Assembly (NCBI GenBank): GCA_964567125.1
Contig: CAZMLC010000003.1
Coordinates: forward strand, 1 to 58,133
Source: an uncultured Akkermansia sp.
Lineage (GTDB): Bacteria > Verrucomicrobiota > Kiritimatiellia > RFP12 > UBA1067
DNA length: 58,133 nucleotides
Direction of reading: 5' to 3'
Positions 25,279 through 33,727 of this stretch are shown here, piece after piece. Within the stretch, counting starts at the first letter, position 1. Every line of letters begins with the position of its first letter. The notes beneath the pieces were generated by a model that was not told where the DNA came from, did not search any database, and was given only the letters and a program-made list of their open reading frames with translations. The translations under genes and the position numbers were made by a program.

Positions 25279-27557
25279 CCGGGCAGCACGACCTTGACCG
25301 CCTGCGACGCCGCATTCCAAACCACCTCGACATCCTGATTGTCAACCTGCACCTTGGCCGGCTTTTTGTCGAGCCGGATCTGACATTCAACGTCGCGCGT
25401 CGCAGGCATTCCTGTGTATTGCCCCTTCCTTCCGCCGATGCTCACCGTCACGGTGTTGTCCTTCCGCACACAGCGCACGATTGTCTTGGCATAAGCTCCC
25501 GAACGATACGCCAGACTGGTACCGTCGTCTTCATACAGATCGAAGCTGCTCGCCTCCGCAGGATAGACCAGCAGGATCACCTGCTCGTTCCATCCCTTGG
25601 ACACGCTCTGCTTGAGCGGCCACGTCGGAATGATCGCACCGGCCTTGACATAGAGCGCACCGCCATGTTCTGCGGTCACCTTCACATCGACTTCGCGGTT
25701 ACCCTCCACGGCCTCACCACTCCAAAAATCATACCACCGTCCAGCGGGCAAGAGGATTTTCTTTACGTAGGCCGAGACCAACAGCGCATCGCCCAGCAGA
25801 TATTGACCTTTGCGCGCATCCCACTGCGGGTCGTCCGGATAGACTAGCGGCATCGCGCGCATGACAGGCCATCCCGTCAACGCCGCCTCGGCCGCACTGG
25901 AATAGAGATACGGCAAGAGCCTGTAGCGCAATTGACCGTAGGCGCGGAAAACAGGGATCAATTCATCGCGGTTCAACCACGGCTGATACCAGTAGTCCCA
26001 GTTGTTCTGCTGCGCCCACGTCTGCAAAAAGCCGAAATGGATCCCTTCAATGTGGTGGATATCCATGTCGCACGAATGGTTGGAGTGGCCCGACATCGCC
26101 AGATTCAACATGGAAGCCAGCGGCTGCGCGCCTCCGCCGGTGTCGCCCGCCCAGGTGGCCACATACTGCTGGATGCCGGCATAGCCGCCCGCTGAATAGA
26201 CCATGGCACGGCGCTGCGTGAAGGCCTCAAACCCCTGCGCCATCTGCTTGCCATAGATCAGCGGAAAGAGATTGTGCATCTCCTCGTCGCTCATCCCGTT
26301 CGCCCACTTGCGCTGCGGATGCTCGGTCACCTGGTTCGCGCCGTCGAGCTTGAACGCGGCAACGCCCTGGCTGACAAAGAACTTCAGATGCTCAAACCAG
26401 GGTTGCGTACCCTCGGGCGCTTCGCTCTTGCTCTCCGCCGCTTTCTTCGCCACCGCATTGGTCGTGGTGATGCGATCGTCCTGCCACGTCTCGGGAATCC
26501 CCTCCGGCAGCGCCGGTACGCCGCCCTGCGCACGCACGCGTCCCGCCACCAGCTGCTCCTCATACACGCCCAGATCGTAATCGCAACAGAGCCAGAGGCT
26601 TAATTTGAAGTTTTTGCGCGTCAGCGCGCCGATAAACGTGTGGCCCCCCTTGGGCGCCCAGTAGGGGAAATAGAACCGTTCCTTATGCCACTGCTTCTTC
26701 GTCGTAAAATCGTAAAATTTCTGCATCCAGCCCGGTTCCAGACCCATCACATCGCACGGCATCTCCTGCCGGCGGAACTCCATCGCCTCGTTGATCAGAT
26801 TGAAGGCATCGATATTCTGGTTGCAGACGTAGGTGAATCCGTATCCCCAGATCGGCAAGAGCGCGCTCCGGCCGGTCAACTGCGTGTAGGTGTCGAGCAG
26901 CGCGCGAAAATCGGAGCCGCAAAAGAGGTAGAAATCCAGATTGCTCTCCGCCGCGGAACAGACCATGGCGTCCGGATCCGTCTTGCCGACGTCGACCGTA
27001 TGCCGCCACGTCGTGTTGAAAAGCACGCCCCAGCCCTTCTGGCTCATGGCCATGGGCACCGGAATGTAGGAGGTCACATTCTTGACCCAGCATTCGTAGC
27101 TACCGCCGCGCCGCATGATATTATCCCGGCAGACATCGCCCAGGCCGTAAATGCGCTCATCCTTCTCCAGGCCAAAGCGAATCGCCATGCCCTTGCCTGC
27201 GATCTGCGGTGTAATCGGCACCGCGCACCGCGCCCCCTTCAAAAGCAGGGTGCCCTTTTTCGAGACCTCCAGCCGCGCCTGCGCCGTGATGACCGCATTG
27301 CTCTCTTGCTGAAACGCGCACACCGGGAATTCACGCGTCAGCACGCCATAGCGGTTCATGGCTGATTCCGTCCACTGGTTCGTTGTTGAACAGCGGACGC
27401 GGAAGAGCGCATCGTTCAAGACATCCACGCGCAAAAAACGACCGTCCTCCAGCGCAACCACGACATTTTGCTTGGTTAGCGCCGCAGTATCCTTCCACAC
27501 AGGTCCAGCCCAACATATCCCCACGCAGAGCCCTGCAAAAATTATAATGTGTTTCAT
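25239..27557 (-). CDS. Secreted glycoside hydrolase family 31 (specificity unknown)
   Basis: Signal peptide MKHIIIFAGLCVGICWAG. GH31-like blocks (AAFKLDGAN.., TWAGDTGG, PWL..) and a C-terminal ...FDLYEDDGTS... beta-sandwich. Confidence 0.8.
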   Translation of the reverse strand: MKHIIIFAGLCVGICWAGPVWKDTAALTKQNVVVALEDGRFLRVDVLNDALFRVRCSTTNQWTESAMNRYGVLTREFPVCAFQQESNAVITAQARLEVSKKGTLLLKGARCAVPITPQIAGKGMAIRFGLEKDERIYGLGDVCRDNIMRRGGSYECWVKNVTSYIPVPMAMSQKGWGVLFNTTWRHTVDVGKTDPDAMVCSAAESNLDFYLFCGSDFRALLDTYTQLTGRSALLPIWGYGFTYVCNQNIDAFNLINEAMEFRRQEMPCDVMGLEPGWMQKFYDFTTKKQWHKERFYFPYWAPKGGHTFIGALTRKNFKLSLWLCCDYDLGVYEEQLVAGRVRAQGGVPALPEGIPETWQDDRITTTNAVAKKAAESKSEAPEGTQPWFEHLKFFVSQGVAAFKLDGANQVTEHPQRKWANGMSDEEMHNLFPLIYGKQMAQGFEAFTQRRAMVYSAGGYAGIQQYVATWAGDTGGGAQPLASMLNLAMSGHSNHSCDMDIHHIEGIHFGFLQTWAQQNNWDYWYQPWLNRDELIPVFRAYGQLRYRLLPYLYSSAAEAALTGWPVMRAMPLVYPDDPQWDARKGQYLLGDALLVSAYVKKILLPAGRWYDFWSGEAVEGNREVDVKVTAEHGGALYVKAGAIIPTWPLKQSVSKGWNEQVILLVYPAEASSFDLYEDDGTSLAYRSGAYAKTIVRCVRKDNTVTVSIGGRKGQYTGMPATRDVECQIRLDKKPAKVQVDNQDVEVVWNAASQAVKVVLPGCGAAQKTCVITE

Positions 27558-27698
27558 AGTCCTCGCTTATTCGCGTTTTCACGTTTATGCTTCGTTTAAA
27601 TTTACCATACTTTAGAAAGTTCAATCAATGTAATTTGCCGATCCGAACAGAAAAGAAACACTTTTTCCGAAAAATTATTTCGCCCGATTCCGCAAGCA

Positions 27699-27707
27699 TG
27701 ATATACT
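27699..27707 (+). promoter_or_regulatory. Extended -10 element TGaTATACT upstream of the esterase/ArsD-like genes
   Basis: gcaTGaTATACTac lies 37 nt upstream of ATG 27744. An almost identical element plus downstream leader recurs at 28975. Confidence 0.4.
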
Positions 27708-27743
27708 ACTACACCATACGATTTAGAACACGGATCCGATGCC

Positions 27744-28550
27744 ATGAAAAAAACCATTGCCTTTTTACTCAGCGTGGCAGCCCTGAGCGCTGCCGCAGAA
27801 ATCACGGTTGTTCGCGATGTGCCCTATTACGCTGACCTGACCAACGCCTATCAGTCTGCGCAATGCACCCTCGACATCTCTACGCCTTCCAGCGCGACCA
27901 ACCTGCCCGTACTGCTCTTTTTTCACGGCGGCGGCCTGACCGGCGGTAAAAAACATTTTCCCGAAATGAACCGCAGCAACCTCGTCGTGATCACGGCCGA
28001 GTACCGGCTCTATCCCAAAGCGCCCTTTCCCTGTTTTATCGAGGATGCCGCCGCAGCCGTGGCCTGGACCTTTCGCCATGCGGCCGCCTATGGCGGGGAC
28101 CCCCGCAAGATCTATGTCAGCGGACACTCCGCTGGCGGCTACCTTACGGCTATGGTCGGCATGGATCCGCGCTGGTTGAAGCCGCACACCCTCTCGCCGC
28201 ACAATCTGGCCGGCATCATTCCGGTCAGCGCGCAGGTCACAACCCATTTCAACGTCAAAAAGATGCTGAGTTACCCCGGCGAACAGTACCGCCCCCTGAT
28301 CACCCCGGAAGCGCCGCTCTATTATTGTTCTTCGAACCTCCCGCCCATCTGCATCGTCGTGGGTGACCGCGCCATCGAATGGCCCGCCCGGGTGGAGGAG
28401 AACGAACTGATGGCCGCAAGCCTGCGCGCGCTCAAGCATCCGTGCGTTGAGTTTCACGAGATCCCCGGGAAGAACCACGGCACGGTCGGACCTGCCGCCG
28501 GACCTTTTGTCGAGACTTTTATCCGCAAAATTGAGGCAAAAGCCAAATAA
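27744..28550 (+). CDS. Secreted alpha/beta-hydrolase (esterase, HGGG-type)
   Basis: Signal peptide. Oxyanion motif LLFFHGGGLTGG and nucleophile elbow VSGHSAGGYL. Confidence 0.85.
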   Translation: MKKTIAFLLSVAALSAAAEITVVRDVPYYADLTNAYQSAQCTLDISTPSSATNLPVLLFFHGGGLTGGKKHFPEMNRSNLVVITAEYRLYPKAPFPCFIEDAAAAVAWTFRHAAAYGGDPRKIYVSGHSAGGYLTAMVGMDPRWLKPHTLSPHNLAGIIPVSAQVTTHFNVKKMLSYPGEQYRPLITPEAPLYYCSSNLPPICIVVGDRAIEWPARVEENELMAASLRALKHPCVEFHEIPGKNHGTVGPAAGPFVETFIRKIEAKAK

Positions 28551-28571
28551 ACCCGCAGCACGGAGGGAGCC

Positions 28572-28901
28572 ATGCGACAGCTCGCGCTTTATGAACCTGC
28601 TATGCTCTGTCCAAGCGGCCTCTGCGACGAGGCTTCCGATCCTGAACGTGTGCGCATTTTCGCTGCGCTGGCCTGCTTGCGGGCACACACCATCGCAACC
28701 GAACGGCACAATTACGCCCTTGATCCGCTCGCCTTCATGATGACCCCTGCGGTACTCGACGTGCTCGCGGCCCACGGCGAAAACTGCCTGCCGATTACGC
28801 TCGTGGACGATGCGGTCGCGTTGTTCGGCCGCTATCCCACGGCCTCTGAGCTGGAAACCTGGTTTGACCTGCCGCAGGGGACGTTGAATCCCGCCTCATA
28901 A
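28572..28901 (+). CDS. ArsD-family protein (thioredoxin-like fold) with an incomplete Cys triad
   Basis: Colinear with R773 ArsD as recalled: LALYEPAMLCPSGLCD (ArsD: MVFDPAMCCSTGVCG) ... ERHNYALDPLAF ... LPITLVDDAVALFGRYPTASELETWFDL. The Cys12 equivalent is Leu. Confidence 0.75.
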   Translation: MRQLALYEPAMLCPSGLCDEASDPERVRIFAALACLRAHTIATERHNYALDPLAFMMTPAVLDVLAAHGENCLPITLVDDAVALFGRYPTASELETWFDLPQGTLNPAS

Positions 28902-28974
28902 ACGGCATGAACACAAGGCTGATTTTCGTTATTCGCGCGGATTCACATTTCTATAGAGTTTTTTGAAACAATAC

Positions 28975-28983
28975 TGATATACT
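28975..28983 (+). promoter_or_regulatory. Extended -10 element TGaTATACT upstream of the beta-propeller gene
   Basis: actTGaTATACTac lies 45 nt upstream of ATG 29028. Confidence 0.4.
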
Positions 28984-29027
28984 ACATCCATTTAAATTCG
29001 GAATCCGATCTGTTGGGGGAAAATGTG

Positions 29028-30302
29028 ATGAGGACATTCAGCGTTGTTTGTGCATGGGTGATCAGTGGTCTTGCGGCGAGCCTGCTCCACGCGGAAACGC
29101 CGTGGCCCTGTTTCCGCGGCATGGATAGCGGTAAGTCGGAGGCAAAAGGGCTGCCGCTCACCTGGAGTGAAACCGAGAACATCGTGTGGAAAACCGAAAT
29201 CCCCGGACTCGGACACTCCTCCCCGGTTGTCGCGGACAATCAGATCTGGCTGACCACCTCGCCCGACAAAGGCATAACGCGCCATCTGCTGCGCATCGAT
29301 TTCGTCACGGGCAAAATTATCAACGACTATACGCTCTTCACCTATCCCCGCGCGACGAATGAGATCTGTCACCAGATGAACAGCCACGCCACGCCGACGC
29401 CGATCATCGATGATCATAAAATCTATGTCTCCTTCGGCAATCCCGGCATCGCCTGCCTCGATACGAAAACAGGCGAAAAAATCTGGGAACGTCGCGATAT
29501 CACCAACAATTACCACGATGTGGGCGGCGCGGCGACACCGATCATGGCAGGCGATAAACTCATCGTGATCAACGACGGCCATACCAATGCCCTGCACTAC
29601 GTCATCGCCCTGGACAAGAAGACGGGCAAGACCCTCTGGCGCACAGACCGCGTCTACCCGACCAACCATCCAAAACCCTACATGACCCATGCCTTCTGTC
29701 CGCCACTGGTCATGACCGTGAACCATAAGCAGCAGCTCATCAGCCCGAGCGCGCACGGTGCGCGCGCCTATGACCTTGAGAGCGGCAAGGAGCTCTGGTA
29801 TTCGCACTTCAAAGGCTGGTCTGTCGTACCGCAGCCGAGCCAGTTCGGCAACCTGGCGATTATGTGCAACGGCGTGGTGGGCGATCGTCAAATCATGGCC
29901 GTCCATGCGGACCGCGCCGCGGGCGACATCACCGGCACAGACGCCATTGCCTGGCGCGTCCAAAAGCACGTGCCGGATATGGCCTCCCCTGTTTTGGTCG
30001 GGAACCGCCTCTACGCCATGAGCCCCACGGTGCTCAGCTGCATTGATCCGCTCAACGGAACGGTCCTGTGGACAGGCAAAGTCACGGGGCAGCACATTGC
30101 CTCGCCCCTGGTGGCCGATGGCTACCTCTACCTCTTTAACCGCAAGGGTGGCAGCACGGTTGTGAAACTGGGTGAGACCTTTGCCGTCGCAGCCACCAAT
30201 ACGCTCGCGGAAGGCTGCTCAGCCACACCGGCGATTTACGGGAAATCCCTGATCGTTCGTACGGAAAAGCACCTCTATCGGATTGAAAAGAAGACGCCCT
30301 GA
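29028..30302 (+). CDS. Secreted PQQ-like / BamB-like beta-propeller repeat protein
   Basis: Start MRTFSVVCAWVISGLAASLLHA. WPCFRG..., GHSSPVVADNQIWLTT and repeated blade-like ..G..LW.. segments. Confidence 0.8.
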   Translation: MRTFSVVCAWVISGLAASLLHAETPWPCFRGMDSGKSEAKGLPLTWSETENIVWKTEIPGLGHSSPVVADNQIWLTTSPDKGITRHLLRIDFVTGKIINDYTLFTYPRATNEICHQMNSHATPTPIIDDHKIYVSFGNPGIACLDTKTGEKIWERRDITNNYHDVGGAATPIMAGDKLIVINDGHTNALHYVIALDKKTGKTLWRTDRVYPTNHPKPYMTHAFCPPLVMTVNHKQQLISPSAHGARAYDLESGKELWYSHFKGWSVVPQPSQFGNLAIMCNGVVGDRQIMAVHADRAAGDITGTDAIAWRVQKHVPDMASPVLVGNRLYAMSPTVLSCIDPLNGTVLWTGKVTGQHIASPLVADGYLYLFNRKGGSTVVKLGETFAVAATNTLAEGCSATPAIYGKSLIVRTEKHLYRIEKKTP

Positions 30303-30503
30303 GTCCTCAAAATGTGACAATTTTCGTGCTGATTTGAGCCTGTTTTGCGACAGGATTGAATCATAACTTAATATTTATCAATATCTTAAAAAATACCGAC
30401 TAGAATCTAATTGATCGCATCATCCTATTTTCTAGCTTGCCTCTTTTTCGGAAAAAAGGGAAAATAAAGGGCAATAAAAGGAAAGTTGGCTCGTTCCCTC
30501 TCA

Positions 30504-31091
30504 ATGAAGTCACAGACGATAGATGAATCACGTTCGGATGCCGAACTGTTGAAAGCGTACACGAAAGGCGATACACAAGCCTTTGATCTTCTGGTTGCGC
30601 GTTATCAACAGGCACTCTTTTCATGGTTTTTAGGAATGACCGGCAACCGGACGGACGCGGAAGATCTTTTTCAGGAAGTGTGGGTTCGCATCCTCCGCCA
30701 TGCCGATGGATTCAACGATGTCTCCTTCCGCGCATGGATGTGGCAGATTGCTCGCAATCTGCTCATTGACTTCAGACGCAAGAAGAAACCGGATTTCAGC
30801 TTGGATGCAACGGACGATACAGACGATCAGCCCATGATCGATCAGCTCGTCTCGCCATCGGTAGGCCCGGCAGAAGGACTGGAATGGAGCGATGCCGCGA
30901 AGCTGGCATTGCAGGCCGTTCACCAGCTGCCCGCGGTACAGCGCGAGGTGTTCCTGATGCGCGTGGAAGGCAATCTCTCGTTTAACGAAATTGCCGAAAC
31001 GCTGGGGATCCCGCTCAACACCGCGCTCGGACGCATGCACGATGCAACATCCAAGCTGAAGAAGATTTTATCAAAAGGGGGCGTACTATGA
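30504..31091 (+). CDS. ECF-type RNA polymerase sigma factor (sigma-70 family, group 4)
   Basis: Region 2 (DAEDLFQEVWVRILRH) and region 4 (LPAVQREVFLMRVEGNLSFNEIAETLGIPLNTALGRMH). The ORF-track start 30486 is a TTG; the first ATG is 30504. Confidence 0.9.
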   Translation: MKSQTIDESRSDAELLKAYTKGDTQAFDLLVARYQQALFSWFLGMTGNRTDAEDLFQEVWVRILRHADGFNDVSFRAWMWQIARNLLIDFRRKKKPDFSLDATDDTDDQPMIDQLVSPSVGPAEGLEWSDAAKLALQAVHQLPAVQREVFLMRVEGNLSFNEIAETLGIPLNTALGRMHDATSKLKKILSKGGVL

Positions 31092-31453
31092 AGACAACGC
31101 AAGAGCCGATGATGGACAGCGAGATGGAGGAGATCCTCGCCGTTGTTTCACCTTTGGTAAAATCGTCGTTCGCCAAACTGGGCGGTCCCCGTCCAGCGGT
31201 GCTCGAGGCGATTCACCAGGAAGCGCAAAAACACGCGCTGAAGCGTCAGTTGCGCACGCGTATGCTTTTTTCGCTGAAGATTACCGCACTGGCCGCATCG
31301 GTCCTCGCGCTCGCGAGTACGGCGATTCTCGTGTTGCCTAAAGAACCCGCTCATCTGCTCGCGAAAGCCCATCCTAAGCAGGCGACCCAAGAGTCGCTGG
31401 CCAATTTCGTGATGGCCTATCAGGGCATGGACAGCGATTCCTATTTTAATTAA
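31088..31453 (+). CDS. Putative anti-sigma factor (single-pass membrane protein)
   Basis: ATGA overlap with the sigma gene. 121 aa with one TM (ITALAASVLALASTAILVL). No zinc-binding HxxxCxxC motif. Confidence 0.5.
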   Translation: MKTTQEPMMDSEMEEILAVVSPLVKSSFAKLGGPRPAVLEAIHQEAQKHALKRQLRTRMLFSLKITALAASVLALASTAILVLPKEPAHLLAKAHPKQATQESLANFVMAYQGMDSDSYFN

Positions 31454-31818
31454 TCCGCTGCGGCGAAGGGCACGACTTTCGCTTTGCTCCAGAGGCGTTC
31501 GATATCGTAGTACGCACGCGCCTCGGACGAAAAGACGTGAACCACCACGTGGACATAGTCCACAACCACCCAGCCGCTATCCGGTTCGCCCGAGCTGCGG
31601 TAACTCGAGACGTTCAGCGCCTTCATCTGCTTCTGGGTTTCCGCGATCAACGCCTTTAAGTGCGGTCCGGACGTGCCGGTGGCGATCACATAGAAATCGG
31701 TTACGGAGGATTGTCCCCGCACATCAAAGATACGAATGTCCGCCGCCTTGCGATCGTCCAACGCCTTGGCAGTCTCAATTGCAATCTGTTCTGAACTTAA
31801 TTCCATACTCTTCACCAT
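31450..31818 (-). CDS. rsfS: Ribosome silencing factor RsfS (Iojap family)
   Basis: DIRIFDVRGQSSVTDFYVIATGTSGPHLKAL...GWVVVDYVHVVVHVF...YYDIERLW. Confidence 0.92.
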   Translation of the reverse strand: MVKSMELSSEQIAIETAKALDDRKAADIRIFDVRGQSSVTDFYVIATGTSGPHLKALIAETQKQMKALNVSSYRSSGEPDSGWVVVDYVHVVVHVFSSEARAYYDIERLWSKAKVVPFAAAD

Positions 31819-32416
31819 ACAAACGTTTTTCCTTGATGTACTCCTCTACTGCAGGAGGAACAAGATACCTGATTGAGCGGCCTTCCGCAACCCTTCTCCT
31901 GATTTCCGAAGAAGAAATATCGCATAACCGGCCCTGGATGACGTTTTCAAGCAGGCTCCGGCTCTCCGCTTCCGGGAATCCCAGATCGAGCGGCGTCAAG
32001 GGCAGATCAATCCCCGGCCGCTGCACGCCCACCACCTCGCACAGGCTCAGCAGCTCCTCGGGGCGATGCCACAGATGCAACTCGCGCAAGGAATCCATGC
32101 CCATTACAAAGACGAGCGTGGCCTCGGGATAACGCGCCTTCAGCTGCCGCAGCGTATCCACGGCGTACGAGACGCCGCCACGCTCCAACTCGAGACGCGA
32201 AATCTCAAACCGCGGATCGCCCGCAACAGCCCGCTCCAGCATGGCCACGCGATCCTCAGCCCGCGCCAGAATCTTCTGCCCCTGCTTGAAGGGCGAACAG
32301 TGGCACGGCATCAGCAGCAGCCGGTCCAGACGGCAATTCTCAAAAACAGATTGCGCCACCATCAGATGCCCGTTATGAATCGGATTGAACGTTCCGCCAA
32401 AAATACCGATACGCAT
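31775..32416 (-). CDS. nadD: Nicotinate-nucleotide adenylyltransferase NadD
   Basis: MRIGIFGGTFNPIHNGHL (the (H/T)xGH motif) and ISSSEIRRR near the C-terminus. Overlaps rsfS by 32-44 nt. Confidence 0.92.
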   Translation of the reverse strand: MRIGIFGGTFNPIHNGHLMVAQSVFENCRLDRLLLMPCHCSPFKQGQKILARAEDRVAMLERAVAGDPRFEISRLELERGGVSYAVDTLRQLKARYPEATLVFVMGMDSLRELHLWHRPEELLSLCEVVGVQRPGIDLPLTPLDLGFPEAESRSLLENVIQGRLCDISSSEIRRRVAEGRSIRYLVPPAVEEYIKEKRLYGEEYGIKFRTDCN

Positions 32417-32419
32417 GAC

Positions 32420-33400
32420 TTACTCCGGATCAAACCAGCACATCTGGCTGGCATCAACCTTAAATGCAACCGTCTCTCCCACACGCACCGAACTGTCGGG
32501 TGCCACGCGTGCGATCACGCGTTCGTGCGCGGCGTTGACCACCTGCAGATAGGTCTCCGCGCCCATGGGCTCGATCACATCCACGCAGCCCGCGAATGTG
32601 GCAGCCCGGTCTCCTGCCGCGCAGAACTGCATCGCCTCGGGGCGGAACCCCAGCGTGCGTCCCTCGCGCTGCAACATGTTCATCGGCGGCGTACCGATAA
32701 AGCCCGCCACAAACCGGTTAGCCGGTGAACGATACACCGCCATGGGCTGGTCCACCTGCTGCACCACACCGTTGTTCATCACCACGATCCGGTCGCTCAT
32801 GGTCATGGCCTCCACCTGATCGTGCGTTACGTAAATCATGGTCGCCTTGAGTCGCCGATGCAGCCGCGTGATCTCGCTGCGCATCTCCACGCGCATCTTG
32901 GCATCGAGATTCGAGAGCGGTTCGTCGAATAAAAAGACCTTGGGCTTGCGCACAATCGCGCGGCCCACGGCCACGCGCTGACGCTGTCCGCCCGAAAGCT
33001 GCTTGGGCAGCCGCTTCAGGTACTCCTGCAAACCGAGGATCTCCGCGGCCTCCTGCACACGCTGCTCGATCTCGCGCTTCGCCACATGCCGCAACCGCAA
33101 ACCGAACGCCATGTTCTCAAACACCGTCATGTGCGGATAGAGCGCATAGTTCTGAAAGACCATGGCGATGTCGCGATCCTTCGGCGGCAGATGGTTGACG
33201 ACGCGGTCGCCAATCGTAATCGTCCCCGAGGAGATCTCCTCCAATCCCGCGATCATGCGCAGCGTCGTCGACTTTCCGCATCCCGACGGCCCGACCAGTA
33301 CAAGGAATTCACCTTCGTGAATTGAAAGATTCACATGGTTCACCGCCAGCACACCGCTGTCGTAAGATTTGCACACATTCTGGAGAACAACACCAGCCAT
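32420..33400 (-). CDS. ABC transporter ATP-binding protein, MalK/UgpC/MsiK type
   Basis: Walker [24 protein letters not shown] signature, Walker [13 protein letters not shown], and a C-terminal TOBE-like regulatory domain. Confidence 0.9.
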   Translation of the reverse strand: MAGVVLQNVCKSYDSGVLAVNHVNLSIHEGEFLVLVGPSGCGKSTTLRMIAGLEEISSGTITIGDRVVNHLPPKDRDIAMVFQNYALYPHMTVFENMAFGLRLRHVAKREIEQRVQEAAEILGLQEYLKRLPKQLSGGQRQRVAVGRAIVRKPKVFLFDEPLSNLDAKMRVEMRSEITRLHRRLKATMIYVTHDQVEAMTMSDRIVVMNNGVVQQVDQPMAVYRSPANRFVAGFIGTPPMNMLQREGRTLGFRPEAMQFCAAGDRAATFAGCVDVIEPMGAETYLQVVNAAHERVIARVAPDSSVRVGETVAFKVDASQMCWFDPE

Positions 33401-33691
33401 TTACAACACCATCTTGACCCCTGGAACGCGTTTCACTTCACCATCAAAGGCGATCATCTCGTCGCGGCTCTGCATCTCGATCGAGACGCTGAACGCGACG
33501 TAATGCCCGCTCGAGGAGGCCCGTGCAGCGGCCAGCGGCGCTTTCACCGCGTAGCGCTTCACGATCGTCTCCAGCTGCGGTTCCACCTGCTTCGCCACCT
33601 CCGCGATGATGCGGAAATGAAAAACCGCCGGATAGGCCAGCTCCTGTTGAACCGCCTCGGTTTTCTGAAATGGATTTTTTTTCTGTAACAT
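33401..33691 (-). CDS. DUF493 (YbeD-like) small protein
   Basis: YPAVFHFRIIA...VS.E..SRDEM....E.KR.PGVKMVL pattern typical of YbeD-like proteins; 96 aa. Confidence 0.7.
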   Translation of the reverse strand: MLQKKNPFQKTEAVQQELAYPAVFHFRIIAEVAKQVEPQLETIVKRYAVKAPLAAARASSSGHYVAFSVSIEMQSRDEMIAFDGEVKRVPGVKMVL

Positions 33692-33727
33692 TTTTTAGTG
33701 GTCAGTGGTTAGTGATCAGGAAAATGG

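Noticed and set aside
30440-30503. A purine-rich A-tract/GGG run (GGAAAAAAGGGAAAATAAAGGGCAATAAAAGGAAAG) upstream of the ECF sigma gene, considered as phased bent DNA or an Hfq-binding (ARN)n site.
   Set aside because: The A-tract spacing (9, 5, 10, 6 nt) is not helically phased, and the ARN register is broken. I could not identify an ECF-type -35/-10 pair. Evidence is too weak to report as a feature.
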